This document shows, piece after piece, positions 8,307 through 17,300 of a stretch of 18,172 nt of DNA. The position numbers were made by a program, and so were the translations under genes. Each line of letters opens with the position of its first letter. The stretch's first letter is position 1. The DNA lies in the NCBI GenBank assembly GCA_037133055.1, contig JBAXOY010000060.1, positions 1 to 18,172 of the forward strand. The letters run 5' to 3'. Under the pieces are notes generated by a model, which was not told the DNA's origin, searched no databases, and saw only the letters and a program-made list of their open reading frames with translations. This DNA comes from Chlamydiota bacterium (GTDB taxonomy: Bacteria > Auribacterota > Tritonobacteria > UBA1439).

Positions 8307-9401
8307 TCACGCGAGCTCGTTGAGAATCTCCACCCCCCGGCGCAGCGTTTCATCGGGCGCGGCGAACGAGAGCCTGAAGTGGGTGTCCCGCTCCGAAAAG
8401 ACCGAGCCGGGGACCAGGATGAGTTTCCTCCCGACCGCCGCATGGACGAACGCGGCCCCGCTTCCCCCCGGCGCCTCGGGGAAAAGGTAGAAGGCGCCCT
8501 CGGGCCGGATAAAGCGATACTTCCCCTGCAGCCCCCCGCACACCATGTCCCGCTTCTTCCGGTACGCGTCGATCGTAGCCCTCATGTCCACCCGGTAGGC
8601 CCCGATAACGCCGTGCTGGAGCACCGAGGGCGCGCAGATGAAAGAATACTGCTGGATCTTGATCATCTCGCGGAGTATCTCCCTCGGCCCCGCCGCATAG
8701 CCGACGCGCCACCCCGGCATTCCGAACGACTTCGAGTAGCCGCCGACGATCAGCGCATCGGGCGAAAACGCTCCCATGCTTTCGTGCGGGCGGTCGTAGG
8801 CGAAGAAATCATAGACCTCGTCCGAGAGGATGTGCGCCCCCGTCCGCGCCGCGATCGCGGCGATCTCACGGAGGCGGTCCCCGTGAAGGATCATCCCGGT
8901 CGGATTGGAGGGGCTGTTGAGGATGACGAGTGCCGCGCCCTTCCCGATGGCGCGCTCGAGCCGCTCGGGAGTGACCGTAAAATCAGGATAGGTGTCCAGA
9001 AAGACCGGCTCGGCGCCGACAAGACGGCAGAGGTGTTTATAGATGACGAAGTACGGGTCGGGGATGACCGCCCGGTCCCCGGGGTTGAGGAGCACGAGAA
9101 AGGCGAGCATTATGCCGCCCGCCGCGCCCGAGGTGACCATCACCTCTTCGGGGGAATATCCCTTTTCTTCCTCGAGATGGCGGCGGATCTCGGCGCGGAG
9201 CTCGTCGATCCCCTGGGTGAGCGTGTAGCGGTGGTGCCCCGCGCGGATGGCGCGGATCGCCGCCTCCTTGAGCGCGTCCGGGACATCGAAGTCCGGCTGG
9301 CCGATGCTCAGGTTGACGGGGTTTTCCATCTTCTGGGCGAGATCGAACGCATTCCGGATGCCGGAGGAGTCGATCTGCCGCATGCGGTCGGCGATGCGCA
9401 C
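8307..9401 (-). CDS. PLP-dependent class I/II aminotransferase (aspartate aminotransferase-like)
   Basis: NLSIGQPDF, YTLTQGIDELR, NSPSNPTG, LSDEVY, GYSKSFGMPGWRVGY, PEGAFY; GTG start at 9401 behind AGGAGA. Confidence 0.92.
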   Translation of the reverse strand: MRIADRMRQIDSSGIRNAFDLAQKMENPVNLSIGQPDFDVPDALKEAAIRAIRAGHHRYTLTQGIDELRAEIRRHLEEEKGYSPEEVMVTSGAAGGIMLAFLVLLNPGDRAVIPDPYFVIYKHLCRLVGAEPVFLDTYPDFTVTPERLERAIGKGAALVILNSPSNPTGMILHGDRLREIAAIAARTGAHILSDEVYDFFAYDRPHESMGAFSPDALIVGGYSKSFGMPGWRVGYAAGPREILREMIKIQQYSFICAPSVLQHGVIGAYRVDMRATIDAYRKKRDMVCGGLQGKYRFIRPEGAFYLFPEAPGGSGAAFVHAAVGRKLILVPGSVFSERDTHFRLSFAAPDETLRRGVEILNELA

Positions 9402-9447
9402 AGTATCTCCTATGGCTCTCTTCTTCTGCGCACTGGTTATGCTTTTT

Positions 9448-9490
9448 TCCCCTCCCCCTCCTGAAGGGGGAGGGTTAGGGTGGGGGTGAA
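9448..9490. repeat. G/C-tract REP-like element, copy 1
   Basis: CCCCTCCCCCTCCTGAAGGGGGAGGGTTAGGGTGGGGGTGAA; same family at 12181-12222 and, inverted, at 17968-18014. Confidence 0.8.
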
Positions 9491-9526
9491 ACACTAACCG
9501 TGAAACGCCCTTGCGCGCACACGCCC

Positions 9527-9919
9527 TCACGCCCCCACGAGCTGTACTTTTTCCTGTGGGTCCGTCCCGCTCTCCCTGTCGCTGAAGCAGACGATGAAGG
9601 TGTCCTTCTCCCCGATGTTGACAAACGCGTGCGCGATGCCCGGGGAGACAATGACCCGGACGCATTCCCCATTGTTGAACACGAACTCCTCGCGCTTCCC
9701 CTCCCGATCCTGGGCCAGGAGCTTGATCTCGCCGGAGAAGACGATGGTCTCGGTGGCGCCCGGGTGCCGGTGGTTGCCGCGGATTGCGCCGGGAGCCATG
9801 GTGGCCGCGTGCGTGTTCCGGAGCGTTCCGGACCCGAGAATCTCGGGGCCGAGCGGCTCGAACACCTTGCCGCGGGCGTCCTGGTGCATTGTCAGGCGTT
9901 CTATCGTCAGTCCCTTCAT
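9527..9919 (-). CDS. Cupin-domain protein (WxcM/sugar epimerase-isomerase-like)
   Basis: HQDARG.VFE, IRGNHRH...E, VSPGIAHAFVN cupin motifs; ATG 9919 behind GAGGGGAAGGA. Confidence 0.8.
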   Translation of the reverse strand: MKGLTIERLTMHQDARGKVFEPLGPEILGSGTLRNTHAATMAPGAIRGNHRHPGATETIVFSGEIKLLAQDREGKREEFVFNNGECVRVIVSPGIAHAFVNIGEKDTFIVCFSDRESGTDPQEKVQLVGA

Positions 9920-9964
9920 TCTCTGATCCTTCCCCTCGTTCCCGGGTTGTCGATTGCGCAAAAC

Positions 9965-10134
9965 GAAACGGCGAACGGGGCATCTTTTGCGTTCATTGAT
10001 CGCCGGTTCGCCGACACGCCGGTTCGCCGCTTCATGGCGAGTCACCCACTACGTATGAATCGGCGAATGGGCGAAACGGCGAGGGGGCGACTTCTGCATT
10101 CAATGATCGCCGACACGCCGTCTCGCCGGCTCAT
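9965..10134. repeat. Two tandem ~75-bp hairpin elements built from octamer repeats (GGCGAAAC / GTTCGCCG type)
   Basis: Copy 1 at 9965-10035, copy 2 at 10055-10134; loops CTTTTGCGTTCATTGATCGCCG versus CTTCTGCATTCAATGATCGCCG. Confidence 0.8.
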
Positions 10135-10136
10135 TT

Positions 10137-11030
10137 TTACATCGCCTCCAGCGCCCTGATTCTCTCCTCGATCGGGGGATGGGTCGAGAAAAGCCGGTTC
10201 ACCATCCCGCCGTACTCCTTGAGCGGATTGACGATATACATGTGCGCGGTGGCCTTGTTCGCGGCCTCGAGCGGGTCGGGGTCGGCGTCGAGCTTCCGGA
10301 GCGCGTCGGCGAGCCCCTTCGGGTAGCGCGTGAGCATCGCCCCGCTCGCGTCCGCCAGGAACTCCCGCTTCCGGGAGATCGCCAGTCGGACGAGCTGCGC
10401 GATGAGCGGGGCGAGGAGCGCCAGCAGTATGCCGACGATCATGAGAATCACCGCGGCCTGTCCGCCCCCGTCTTCGTCCCTGCGCCTCCGCCCGCCCCAG
10501 AAGTAACTCCGCATGATCCAGTCGCTCAGCAGCGTGACGACCCCCACCATCACCACGACGAGCGAACCGAGGAGGATATCGTAGTTTCCGATGTGCGAAA
10601 GCTCGTGTGCAATGACCCCCTCGAGCTCGAGGCGGTCCATCTTCTGAAGGAGGCCTGTGGTCACGCAGACGACCGCGTGCGCGGGGTTGCGCCCCGTGGC
10701 GAAGGCGTTCGGGGCGCTGTCCTCGATCACGTAGACCTTCGGGACGGGTATCCCGGCCGCGATCGCGAGCCCCCCGACGGCGTGGAAGAGGTGGGGAAAC
10801 TCCTCCTTCTCGAGCGGCCGCGCGCCGCTCATGGCGAGGACAATCCGGTCGCTCCAGTAGTAGCTCCCGAAGGTCCACACGAGGGCGATGACCATCGCGA
10901 GCACGACGCCGCCGTTCCCAATCGACGAGACCTGCCCGAACACCCAGCCCATCGCTGCGACAAAAACGATGAAGAGGATGCAGAGGATGACGGAGTTCCG
11001 CTTGTTTTTCGCAATCTGCTCGTAAAGCAT
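10137..11030 (-). CDS. htpX: Zinc metalloprotease HtpX (peptidase M48)
   Basis: PNAFATGR, HELSH, ISRKREFLAD, LFSTHPP; downstream of lemA. Confidence 0.95.
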   Translation of the reverse strand: MLYEQIAKNKRNSVILCILFIVFVAAMGWVFGQVSSIGNGGVVLAMVIALVWTFGSYYWSDRIVLAMSGARPLEKEEFPHLFHAVGGLAIAAGIPVPKVYVIEDSAPNAFATGRNPAHAVVCVTTGLLQKMDRLELEGVIAHELSHIGNYDILLGSLVVVMVGVVTLLSDWIMRSYFWGGRRRRDEDGGGQAAVILMIVGILLALLAPLIAQLVRLAISRKREFLADASGAMLTRYPKGLADALRKLDADPDPLEAANKATAHMYIVNPLKEYGGMVNRLFSTHPPIEERIRALEAM

Positions 11031-11071
11031 AAGTAAGCCGTAAGTTGTAAGCTGTAAGCCGTAAGCTGTAA
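11031..11071. repeat. Heptamer array (GTAAGCY)x5, downstream arm of the four-helix-bundle cassette
   Basis: GTAAGCC GTAAGTT GTAAGCT GTAAGCC GTAAGCT GTA. Confidence 0.9.
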
Positions 11072-11100
11072 AACGTGAAATCAGAGGATAACCTAACCTA

Positions 11101-11364
11101 TTAAGCGCCGCTCAAGGTCTTCTGGAAACCGTATAGCATCCGTCCAACTTCATCCGCTAATACCGACAACCTCCCATAGTCACCCTTCCCTACATAAGTA
11201 TGCCCCTCGACAATGTTCGTGGCCACCGATGCCGCCGACCTTCTTAGCTGTGCCGTTAACCCGTACTTCTCCTCAATTGGAAATCTTTTTGTGACCTTAT
11301 ATATCTCCAGCACCAATTCATGCGCTTTCTGCCACACCTTTATATCCCTAAACGTGTAAGCCAT
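11101..11364 (-). CDS. Four-helix-bundle protein (23S rRNA IVS protein-like, TIGR02436), apparently internally deleted
   Basis: FRDIKVWQKAHELVLEIYKVTKRFP.EEKYGLTAQLRRSAASVATNIVEG signature; only 87 aa, lacking the usual F..FL.IA.GS..E helix; alternative ATG 11382. Confidence 0.85.
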   Translation of the reverse strand: MAYTFRDIKVWQKAHELVLEIYKVTKRFPIEEKYGLTAQLRRSAASVATNIVEGHTYVGKGDYGRLSVLADEVGRMLYGFQKTLSGA

Positions 11365-11390
11365 TTTCGCCCTCTTGTGCATCTCATTTG

Positions 11391-11414
11391 GCTTACAGCT
11401 TATAGCTTACGGCT
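11391..11414. repeat. Heptamer array, upstream inverted arm of the four-helix-bundle cassette
   Basis: GCTTACA GCTTATA GCTTACG GCT, reverse complement of the 11031-11071 units. Confidence 0.9.
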
Positions 11415-11418
11415 GGTG

Positions 11419-11973
11419 TCAGAACTTCACCTTCACCGGCTCCCGCGCCGCCTCCTCCCCCGTCTGGAAATATTCCTTCTCCGGGAAGTTGAACATCCCC
11501 GCGATGATGCTGGAGGGGAATGTCTCGCGTGTGGTGTCATAGGTCATCACCGTGTCGTTGTAGAACTGGCGGGAGTAGGCGATCTTGCTCTCCGTTCCCG
11601 AGAGCTCCTCCTGGAGCATCAGGAAGTTCTGGTTCGCCTTGAGCTCGGGATAGTTCTCCGCCACGGCGAAGAGGGACTTGAGCGCCCCGGTGAGCACATT
11701 GTCCGCCTGCCCCTGGGCCATGGCGCCCGAGGCGTTGATCGCCTTCGCGCGCGCCTCGGTGACCTTCTGGAACACCTCCTTCTCGTGGGCCGCGTATCCC
11801 TTCACCGTTTCCACGAGGTTCGGGATCAGGTCGTACCGGCGCCTGAGCTGCACGTCGATCTGCGACCATGCGTTCTCGATCCTGTTCCGCAGGCGCACGA
11901 GCCGGTTGTACGCCACGATGACGTACAGCACGATGACCGCGAGAAGAACAAGGATGATCCATCCGATCGACAT
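11419..11973 (-). CDS. lemA: LemA family protein
   Basis: N-terminal [53 protein letters not shown]. Confidence 0.96.
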   Translation of the reverse strand: MSIGWIILVLLAVIVLYVIVAYNRLVRLRNRIENAWSQIDVQLRRRYDLIPNLVETVKGYAAHEKEVFQKVTEARAKAINASGAMAQGQADNVLTGALKSLFAVAENYPELKANQNFLMLQEELSGTESKIAYSRQFYNDTVMTYDTTRETFPSSIIAGMFNFPEKEYFQTGEEAAREPVKVKF

Positions 11974-12011
11974 GGCGAGCCTCCTTTTGCCGAGGGTCTA
12001 TTTACTGCCAC

Positions 12012-12040
12012 ATTCTACCATGCCCCGGCATGGTTGCAGA
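12012..12040 (-). promoter_or_regulatory. Putative lemA-htpX promoter with palindromic spacer
   Basis: TG-G-TAGAAT extended -10 (12012-12020), weak -35 (CTGCAA); perfect ACCATGCC-cc-GGCATGGT dyad at 12017-12034. Confidence 0.5.
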
Positions 12041-12062
12041 TTCTATTTCCGTGAGGCCCCGG

Positions 12063-12086
12063 GAGGCCCTGATCACCGAGGGCCTC
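12063..12086. terminator. GC-rich hairpin GAGGCCCT-N8-AGGGCCTC downstream of the hydro-lyase gene
   Basis: Perfect 8-bp stem but no clear U-tract. Confidence 0.3.
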
Positions 12087-12112
12087 GTCAGTGCCCGATG
12101 GCTCTCATATAT

Positions 12113-12222
12113 TCCCCCTCCCCCCTTGAGGGATATCTCCCTTCTCTCCCCCTCCCCTCTTGAGGGATATCTCCCTTCTCTCCCCCTCCCCCCTTGAGGG
12201 GGAGGGTCAGGGTGGGGGGGTG
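12113..12222. repeat. G/C-tract REP-like element, copy 2, preceded by two 34-bp tandem partial duplicates
   Basis: Units at 12113-12146 and 12147-12180 (TCCCCCTCCCC[C/T]CTTGAGGGATATCTCCCTTCTC), then the full element at 12181-12222. Confidence 0.85.
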
Positions 12223-12252
12223 CAAGTATCCAAGAGGGATCACATCCCCTGC

Positions 12253-12786
12253 CTATTTCCTCTGGTACAAATCCTCTCCCCTGCAATCGGTCGCAACAAT
12301 CGCCGGGAATTTCTCCACCGTGAGCTCCGTGATCGCCTCGGCGCCCAGGTCGGCATAGGCGACCGGCTTCGCCGCCTTGACGCATTTCGCAAGCAGCGCC
12401 CCCGCCCCGCCCACGGCGGCAAAGTACACCGCCCCGTGTTTCTTCATCGCCTCGATCACTTCCTTGCTCCTCGGCCCCTTCCCGATCATCCCCTTCAGAC
12501 CGAGCTCCATCGTCTTCGGGGCGAACGCGTCCATCCGGTAGCTCGTGGTGGGGCCGACGGACCCGATCGGCTTCCCCGGGGGCGCGGGCGACGGCCCGGC
12601 GTAGTAAAAGATCTGCCCCTTCAACTCGACCGGCGGCTTTTCGCCCCTCGCCACCGTCTCCGTGAGCCGCTGGTGCGCCGCATCGCGAGCCGTGTAGATC
12701 GTGCCCGTGATGAGCACGCTGTCCCCGGCCTTGAGTTTAGCCACAACCTCATCCGTGAGCGGTGTCCGTATCTCGATTGCCGGCAT
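12253..12786 (-). CDS. Fe-S hydro-lyase (class I fumarate hydratase / tartrate dehydratase) beta subunit
   Basis: TGTIYTARDAAH, YYAGP, GPTTSYRMD, GMIGKG, DLGAEAI; GAAAGGAGG SD. Confidence 0.93.
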   Translation of the reverse strand: MPAIEIRTPLTDEVVAKLKAGDSVLITGTIYTARDAAHQRLTETVARGEKPPVELKGQIFYYAGPSPAPPGKPIGSVGPTTSYRMDAFAPKTMELGLKGMIGKGPRSKEVIEAMKKHGAVYFAAVGGAGALLAKCVKAAKPVAYADLGAEAITELTVEKFPAIVATDCRGEDLYQRK

Positions 12787-12798
12787 GCCTGCCTCCTT

Positions 12799-13020
12799 TC
12801 ATCCTGCATCGTGCGGTTTTAAGATTTCGTTTGCGAAGATCACGCGAAGAACGGCCTGCCGCTGGTGCAGCCACAAGGATTCATACTTCCCCTCCGGAGC
12901 TTCCACCTCCAGATGCAAGAGATAATCCCGCACCTGGTCGAGCACCGCCGGGGACCGAAACGATCCGGCCACCCAGTTCTGATATGCCTTGAGTGTTGCG
13001 CCATAGAACGAGTTGAACAT
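12799..13020 (-). pseudogene. Probable N-terminal stub of a type III-like restriction (Res) DEAD/DEAH helicase
   Basis: 73 aa with AAGGAG SD; LWLHQRQAVLRVIFANEIL resembles the Q-motif region preceding Walker A, but the ORF stops there; lies downstream of methyltransferase remnants. Confidence 0.45.
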
Positions 13021-13222
13021 CAGCCGCTATCTCCTTGCCGCAGGCCCTGTCGGGAACGTGTCGCAACGTCGTGGCATTATGTAATGCTGATCATGTTTCA
13101 TACGACCCGTGTGGCTTTCTGGCTTTTCTCAATCTTGAACATCACTTATTGAACGAAATCGCTCTTGTTTATCACTTTTATGCATAAACTGATGCACAAA
13201 TCGCCTTGTTGCTCACGAGTAA

Positions 13223-13409
13223 TCATCTAAAAGCATCGCGTCCTTCCACAATGTTCAGGAGTTCGCGAAAAGCCAGGACCGCCGGTCGCCGGCCACTGGA
13301 TTCACCGCGCCAAAGCAGCGCTGGTTGGCCCGATGAGGGGAATCAGGAGTTTCCAGTCGATCTCTTGCGGTGGAAACTTGCCGTAATGGTATTGAATGGG
13401 TTGTGCCAT
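13223..13409 (-). pseudogene. Fic/DOC family gene reduced to N- and C-terminal stubs
   Basis: 13409-13302: MAQPIQYHYGKFPPQEIDWKLLIPLIGPTSAALAR*; different frame 13306-13223: GESSGRRPAVLAFRELLNIVEGRDAFR*; both match termini I recognise from ~370-aa Fic proteins; AAGGAG SD. Confidence 0.75.
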
Positions 13410-13415
13410 TGCAAA

Positions 13416-14012
13416 CTACTCCTTCCCCGCCAGTCGCCGGTTCACCGCGTCCAGATCGAACCGCTCGGGATCGTAGCCGCCTACCAGCCATTCGAGCAGT
13501 TCCTTCTGCTCCTCGGTCTTCTTCGGCGCCTTCAGCGCCTCCAGTATGTCATAGTAGCCGGGGAAACTGCCGCAGTCTTCCGGCGGACACGCCCGCGCAC
13601 CGGCCAGACACGCAGGATACTTTGCCTGTAGATCAATCGGGAGCATCTTCTCAACCATCACTTCATGCTCCCAACTGTCGCCGAAGTCGTACTCGTACAC
13701 GAACTTCTGCTTCGCGCGCGTGACCACGCGACTCAGGAACACGGTTTCTTCGTTTTCCATGTCCATCTCGCCCATCTCTAATGCTTGCTGACTGGTGTAG
13801 TGAACCTCGCCGAACCGAAAGGCGTGCATATGGTAGTCCTGCCATCCCATCGTCACCTGTATGACATCGTGTAACTGCCCGAGAGTGAAGTTGTCCGGCA
13901 ACACCACTCGCCGCCAGATCTGCGGCCGGATATTCCGCAACGCCACCTTGAACTGAATTGCCTTTTCCGCCGGCGGAACCCACATCGCTCTCAAACTTTT
14001 TCTCTTTGCCAT
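13416..14012 (-). CDS. Plasmid pRiA4b ORF-3 family protein
   Basis: IWRRVVLP..TLGQLHDVIQVTMGWQDYHMHAF, YEYDFGDSWEHEV, GARACPPEDCG; ATG 14012 behind AGGAGA. Confidence 0.92.
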   Translation of the reverse strand: MAKRKSLRAMWVPPAEKAIQFKVALRNIRPQIWRRVVLPDNFTLGQLHDVIQVTMGWQDYHMHAFRFGEVHYTSQQALEMGEMDMENEETVFLSRVVTRAKQKFVYEYDFGDSWEHEVMVEKMLPIDLQAKYPACLAGARACPPEDCGSFPGYYDILEALKAPKKTEEQKELLEWLVGGYDPERFDLDAVNRRLAGKE

Positions 14013-14063
14013 TGCGGTCTCTCCTACCTGGCATCTTCGCGTCATTGCGCGAGTCTCTTTGTC

Positions 14064-14318
14064 CTATCCCACCCTCAACTTCATCACTTTCATTCCTTCG
14101 CCGCCGAGATCGTCCTGCACCCGGCAGGCAAACGTGATCTCGGTTCCAAGCTCAACGTGCTTGAATGTGTATTCGACGGTCATATCTCCCTCGAATCCGC
14201 TTTCTCCCCTGCCCTTCTTCTCCTTCCGGCATAGCTGGCAACCCTGCGTCGTCGAAAAAATACCCTCGCGGAAATCGAGGTCCCATTGCACGTTGACGAT
14301 TTTGCCGCCGGTATTCGT
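14064..14318 (-). pseudogene. C-terminal stub of a site-specific DNA methyltransferase (Mod-like, PKD-like tail)
   Basis: TNTGGKIVNVQWDLDFREGIFSTTQG...VEYTF...FACRVQDDLGGEG; no start codon or SD for the full stub, in-frame stop shortly upstream; family by motif recall. Confidence 0.6.
14300..14312. repeat. Direct repeat at the downstream boundary of the helicase cassette
   Basis: TTTTGCCGCCGGT(ATTCG); 12/13 identical to 17639-17651. Confidence 0.6.
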
Positions 14319-14394
14319 CTGGTTGTCGCGTTGCCGTCATCCTGCTCTGCGAGACCTCCAGTCACAACGGGGGCTGCTGATTGCCCTCTCTGTC

Positions 14395-17300
14395 CTACGC
14401 CGGGTCTCCAGGTACAACTTTTTCACCTGGACAATCTCTTGGGTGCTTCGGGCATTGCCAGACTTCACCCCTTCCACGCCTCACATGCCGGTACTTGGTG
14501 CGACCGTCCACCTTGCACACAGGAGCACTTTTGAACGGCGGTCTTTCGTCGATGTTACGCAAGTAACCTTCGCAATCGGGATTGGTACAGCCAACTTTCA
14601 TTGCTTGGAAATCCCATGTGCCATGCTGCTGGCGCTGATTTACAACCTGTACTGGCCAACCGCAATCTTGAAGAGGGCAGATACGGGGCGTGCCATCCTC
14701 GTGGATTGCAGCTTGGCGGATATGCTTTGCCTGCATCAATTGAAGGCAAAGCTTTGCATATTGAGGAGCGTGAATCCTATGGACTTCCTCGGAACGACCG
14801 CGATTGCTCGACCAATTCATGCTCCCGGTGTAAATCACTTGCTCATCTATTATGACATCCTTCCCATGGACTCCGCTTGCTGACACAACAACCGCCCCTA
14901 ATTCCCGCAGGTTCTTGATAACTTTTTCGACATAGCTTCGGTTTTCTGCCTCAGAAAGTGGTGGCGTGACTAACGTCACTTTAACGCCACGGGCAAGCGC
15001 TGCTCTGATTATGGGCTGAATTCTCGGCCAGCGGTACTCTCCAAAGTAAGGAGCGAGACCAAAAATGGTGTCTGACGCCGCGTTAAGGTCTTTGGTGAAT
15101 CGTTCGAAAAATGAAGTTTCGTCTAAGTGCTCAAACGTGTAACCAGTGTCCCCGCGCGGGACGTTCCATCCAGTCTCGGGAATGTATTGGTCAAACACTC
15201 GCCGGAAGCGTTCGAGTTTGACCAACTCAAGTGCTGAAATCAGATCAGCTTGGTTTGTAAGAAATTGCCACATCTGGCCGAGACCACTTACGGGTTTTGC
15301 ATGTTTATTTAGCCACTCTGAGGAACCGATGAAAATGAATTTATTCTTCGCCCGCGTAACTGCCACGTTCAGGTCGCGTTTGACATCACACGCATCTCGT
15401 GGATTGCACAGGCGGGCTGCGTAGTAAGGTTCATCGAGCACTGAATCAAATATAATTAAATCAGCTTCGCCTCCTTGGAAGGTGTGGACTGTTCCTGCTG
15501 CTACCCAGTCATGCAAATCTAAATCGGCAATCAGCTTGGTAAGAAGTCGTCGTTGAGCCGCAAACGGCGTGACGATGCCGATTGGTTGCGGGCTACCGTC
15601 AGGAGGCTTTTGGAGTTTCGCAGCAGCCATCGCCGCAATTTCTACAGCCACCGTAGCCGAGCAAAAATTGAAGCGACTTAGACTGCCTGGCTGTTTCCCG
15701 CTCCAGCAATGCAGATCGGCGGTGTCCACTATTATGAGAGGATTTTCCGGAAGGAACTCTAACCAATCGGGCGATTTTCCTTTGGGTCTCTCTGGACTGT
15801 CATCCAAGCCACCCACTGCAGTATAAACGAGATGCCGAGCGACGTCTGCGATTTCTGTCCGCATCCGTCGTTGAGTTCTAAGCTGGGGGAGAACATGACG
15901 ATAATCGGGATTAGGCTTCAGGTCTTTAGCTACTCCAGCAAGGTGGTAGGTGTCTGTGCCTAGCCTTGCATTACCGAGCGGCGTGTCACCTCGGACAATG
16001 GGTGGAAGTTGTAGGAAGTCACCAACGAGGATTACACGCCGTGTCGCGCGCCCTGCTGCCAAGAAAATCAGTGGAGGCAGCGCCATCGAAATCTCATCGA
16101 CAATGACGGCATCAAAGCTTTGTCCTTCAAGCTGTTTTCCAACATAGCTCTTGGTCAACGTGCAGAAAATCGCACGGGCCTCAGTGATTACCTTCTGCTC
16201 CAATTGCGAGATTTCGTCCTGAAGCGCACGTATCTTTTGCTCAAGGGTCTCAAGTTCCAAAGCTAGTTGTGAAAGTTCTTGCTCTATCATTTGCCGAGCT
16301 GGGCACTTGGCACAAACGGTTTGTTGGTGTATCAGCGCGACTTCAATCTCACTGGTGAGTCGTTGCGCCTTCGCAATTTCCTGTGCAGACAATCCAAGGG
16401 CCATTTCTGCTCTTTGAAGTTGCGCTTCGCTGTCTTGGAGCGCCTGTAGCGCGCGCGCGGTTTTTGCCGCGCGTCGAAACCAAGCGCGCTGCGCCCGTTC
16501 AAGCTCCGCACGCCGCTGCTGTAAAAGGAACTTGCAACTCGTGATCGCTACCTCAGCTTCTTTTCGCTTTGCCTCCTGCAGCTCAATGAGGACACGCACC
16601 TCCTGAAGACGATTGGACAATTCGCTAAGACGATCCCACTCCGAAATGACAGCGAGGCATTGACTGCGCCGGTCGGCCAGCGGCTTCGCTTTCCTCTCGA
16701 GGTCCAAGATTGTGTCGACCAGTTTTCGTCCTTTCGTTTCCACGACCGCGTCAAGTCGAACGCTCGGAGGAATCTTCTTATCGGCAGTCATCCCGATCCT
16801 TAAAACCTTGCCGTCATGGACTGCCGAATGCCCGGCCAGCGGTCCTTCCTTGTCCTTCTCGCATTTTACGGCCTCGTAAAGGGCTTGATCAACTGCCGCA
16901 CGAGTGTGACTAGAAACAAGAACGCGCTCGCCAGCTTCGACGAGTGCCGTGACAAGGTGGGCAATCGTATAAGTTTTTCCCGTGCCCGGCGGCCCCCAGA
17001 TATACGTCAGTGTGGAACCGCAGGCTTGTTCGGCAACCCGGCGGGGTTGGCCGTTGAATTTTACTAGAGTGGACGTGGCTTGCAGGGTGGCGAATCCCAC
17101 GTTGGCTTTAGCTGGGTGAAACGCCACTATTGCCAAGGGGCTCACAAGTGTAGGCTTTTGGGCTGTCTCATCTAGAACCAGCGCAAGCTTACGGAGTAAA
17201 GCAGTGTCATCGATTATAAGCATTGCTCGATGAATCCCTGGTGAGAGCGGTGCCGTGCCTTTGACGCAAAGGTCAATGCGGTCAGCCTGTTGACCGATCA

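Noticed and set aside
9402..9983. N-terminal extension making the aminotransferase 558 aa
   Set aside because: Overlaps the cupin gene in another frame and a REP element; a GTG start with SD exists at 9401
7925..12222. CRISPR array interpretation of the repeats at 7.9-8.3 kb, 10.0 kb and 12.1 kb
   Set aside because: No constant repeat with unique equal-length spacers, repeats are inverted or contiguous, and no cas genes
13098..13142. Tiny minus-strand ORF MFKIEKSQKATRVV as another gene stub
   Set aside because: Too short and without SD; I cannot assign a family
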